NCBI GenBank assembly: GCA_031266255.1
Contig: JAISBK010000113.1
Coordinates: forward strand, 1-43,311
Reading direction: 5' to 3'
Source: Treponema sp.
GTDB lineage: Bacteria > Spirochaetota > Spirochaetia > Treponematales > Breznakiellaceae
DNA: 43,311 bases
Positions within the stretch are counted from its first letter, which is position 1, and each line of letters starts with the position of its first letter. Of the stretch, positions 43,221 through 43,311 are shown piece after piece. The notes under the pieces were generated by a model, which did no database searches, had not been told where the DNA came from, and worked only from the letters and a program-made list of their open reading frames with translations. Position numbers and translations under genes: made by a program.

Positions 43221-43311
43221 TGGTCGAGATTGTCAATACTACGAAAAATTAACGCAGATTACGCTCGGTGCGATGAGTGAAATCAGCGTAATCTGTGGAC
43301 AATGGTTCATG

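Noticed and set aside
43255-43295. Perfect 11-bp inverted repeat CAGATTACGCT / AGCGTAATCTG with a 19-nt loop at the window end
   Set aside because: It has no T-run and no adjacent gene context, because the window ends at 43311. It could be a terminator, a repeat end or chance, and cannot be evaluated here.
1-43311. Searched by eye for CRISPR arrays, rRNA, tRNA, transposase or integrase genes
   Set aside because: I found no regularly spaced direct repeats, no rRNA-like conserved blocks, no convincing cloverleaf (GTTCGAATC-type T-arm with matching acceptor stem), and no DDE or tyrosine-recombinase-like ORF in the six-frame track.

Overview
This is about 43 kb of spirochaete, Treponema-like chromosome. 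The backbone is roughly half GC by eye and nearly all genes are on the + strand. Left to right: a truncated ORF; the core flagellin gene flaB behind a near-consensus sigma-28 promoter; a CBM9-like secreted protein; a tightly coupled five-gene operon (spiro-SPASM radical SAM enzyme, GT-A-like orphan, cytidylyltransferase, PseG-like/methyltransferase fusion, ATP-grasp ligase); an AmiC-type amidase; a GerMN protein; the flagellar sheath gene flaA; a RelA/SpoT small alarmone synthetase fused to TPR repeats, convergent with an HDAC-family deacetylase; grpE-dnaK-dnaJ; prfB with its +1 frameshift; a membrane protein; ftsY; an acidic repeat protein; lolC/D/E-like genes; metG; a FemAB-family transferase. 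The right third is accessory. Two visibly AT-rich islands (about 30990-34260: small membrane protein, CN-hydrolase, MATE exporter; 40616-42499: crcB, DUF1232, ACR3/BASS-like transporter) flank a purine-catabolism module (xdhABC, two unknown genes, guanine deaminase). The window ends in decayed restriction/defence-type gene fragments. I saw no rRNA, tRNA, CRISPR array, transposase or integrase. The best candidate for an undescribed system is the spiro-SPASM operon beside flaB, possibly a radical-SAM-dependent activated-sugar or flagellin-glycan tailoring pathway. Secondary leads are a conserved repeat element flanking the CN-hydrolase cassette (attC-like?) and a promoter-plus-terminator leader in front of the MATE gene. 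All family calls come from reading motifs by eye; no searches were run.
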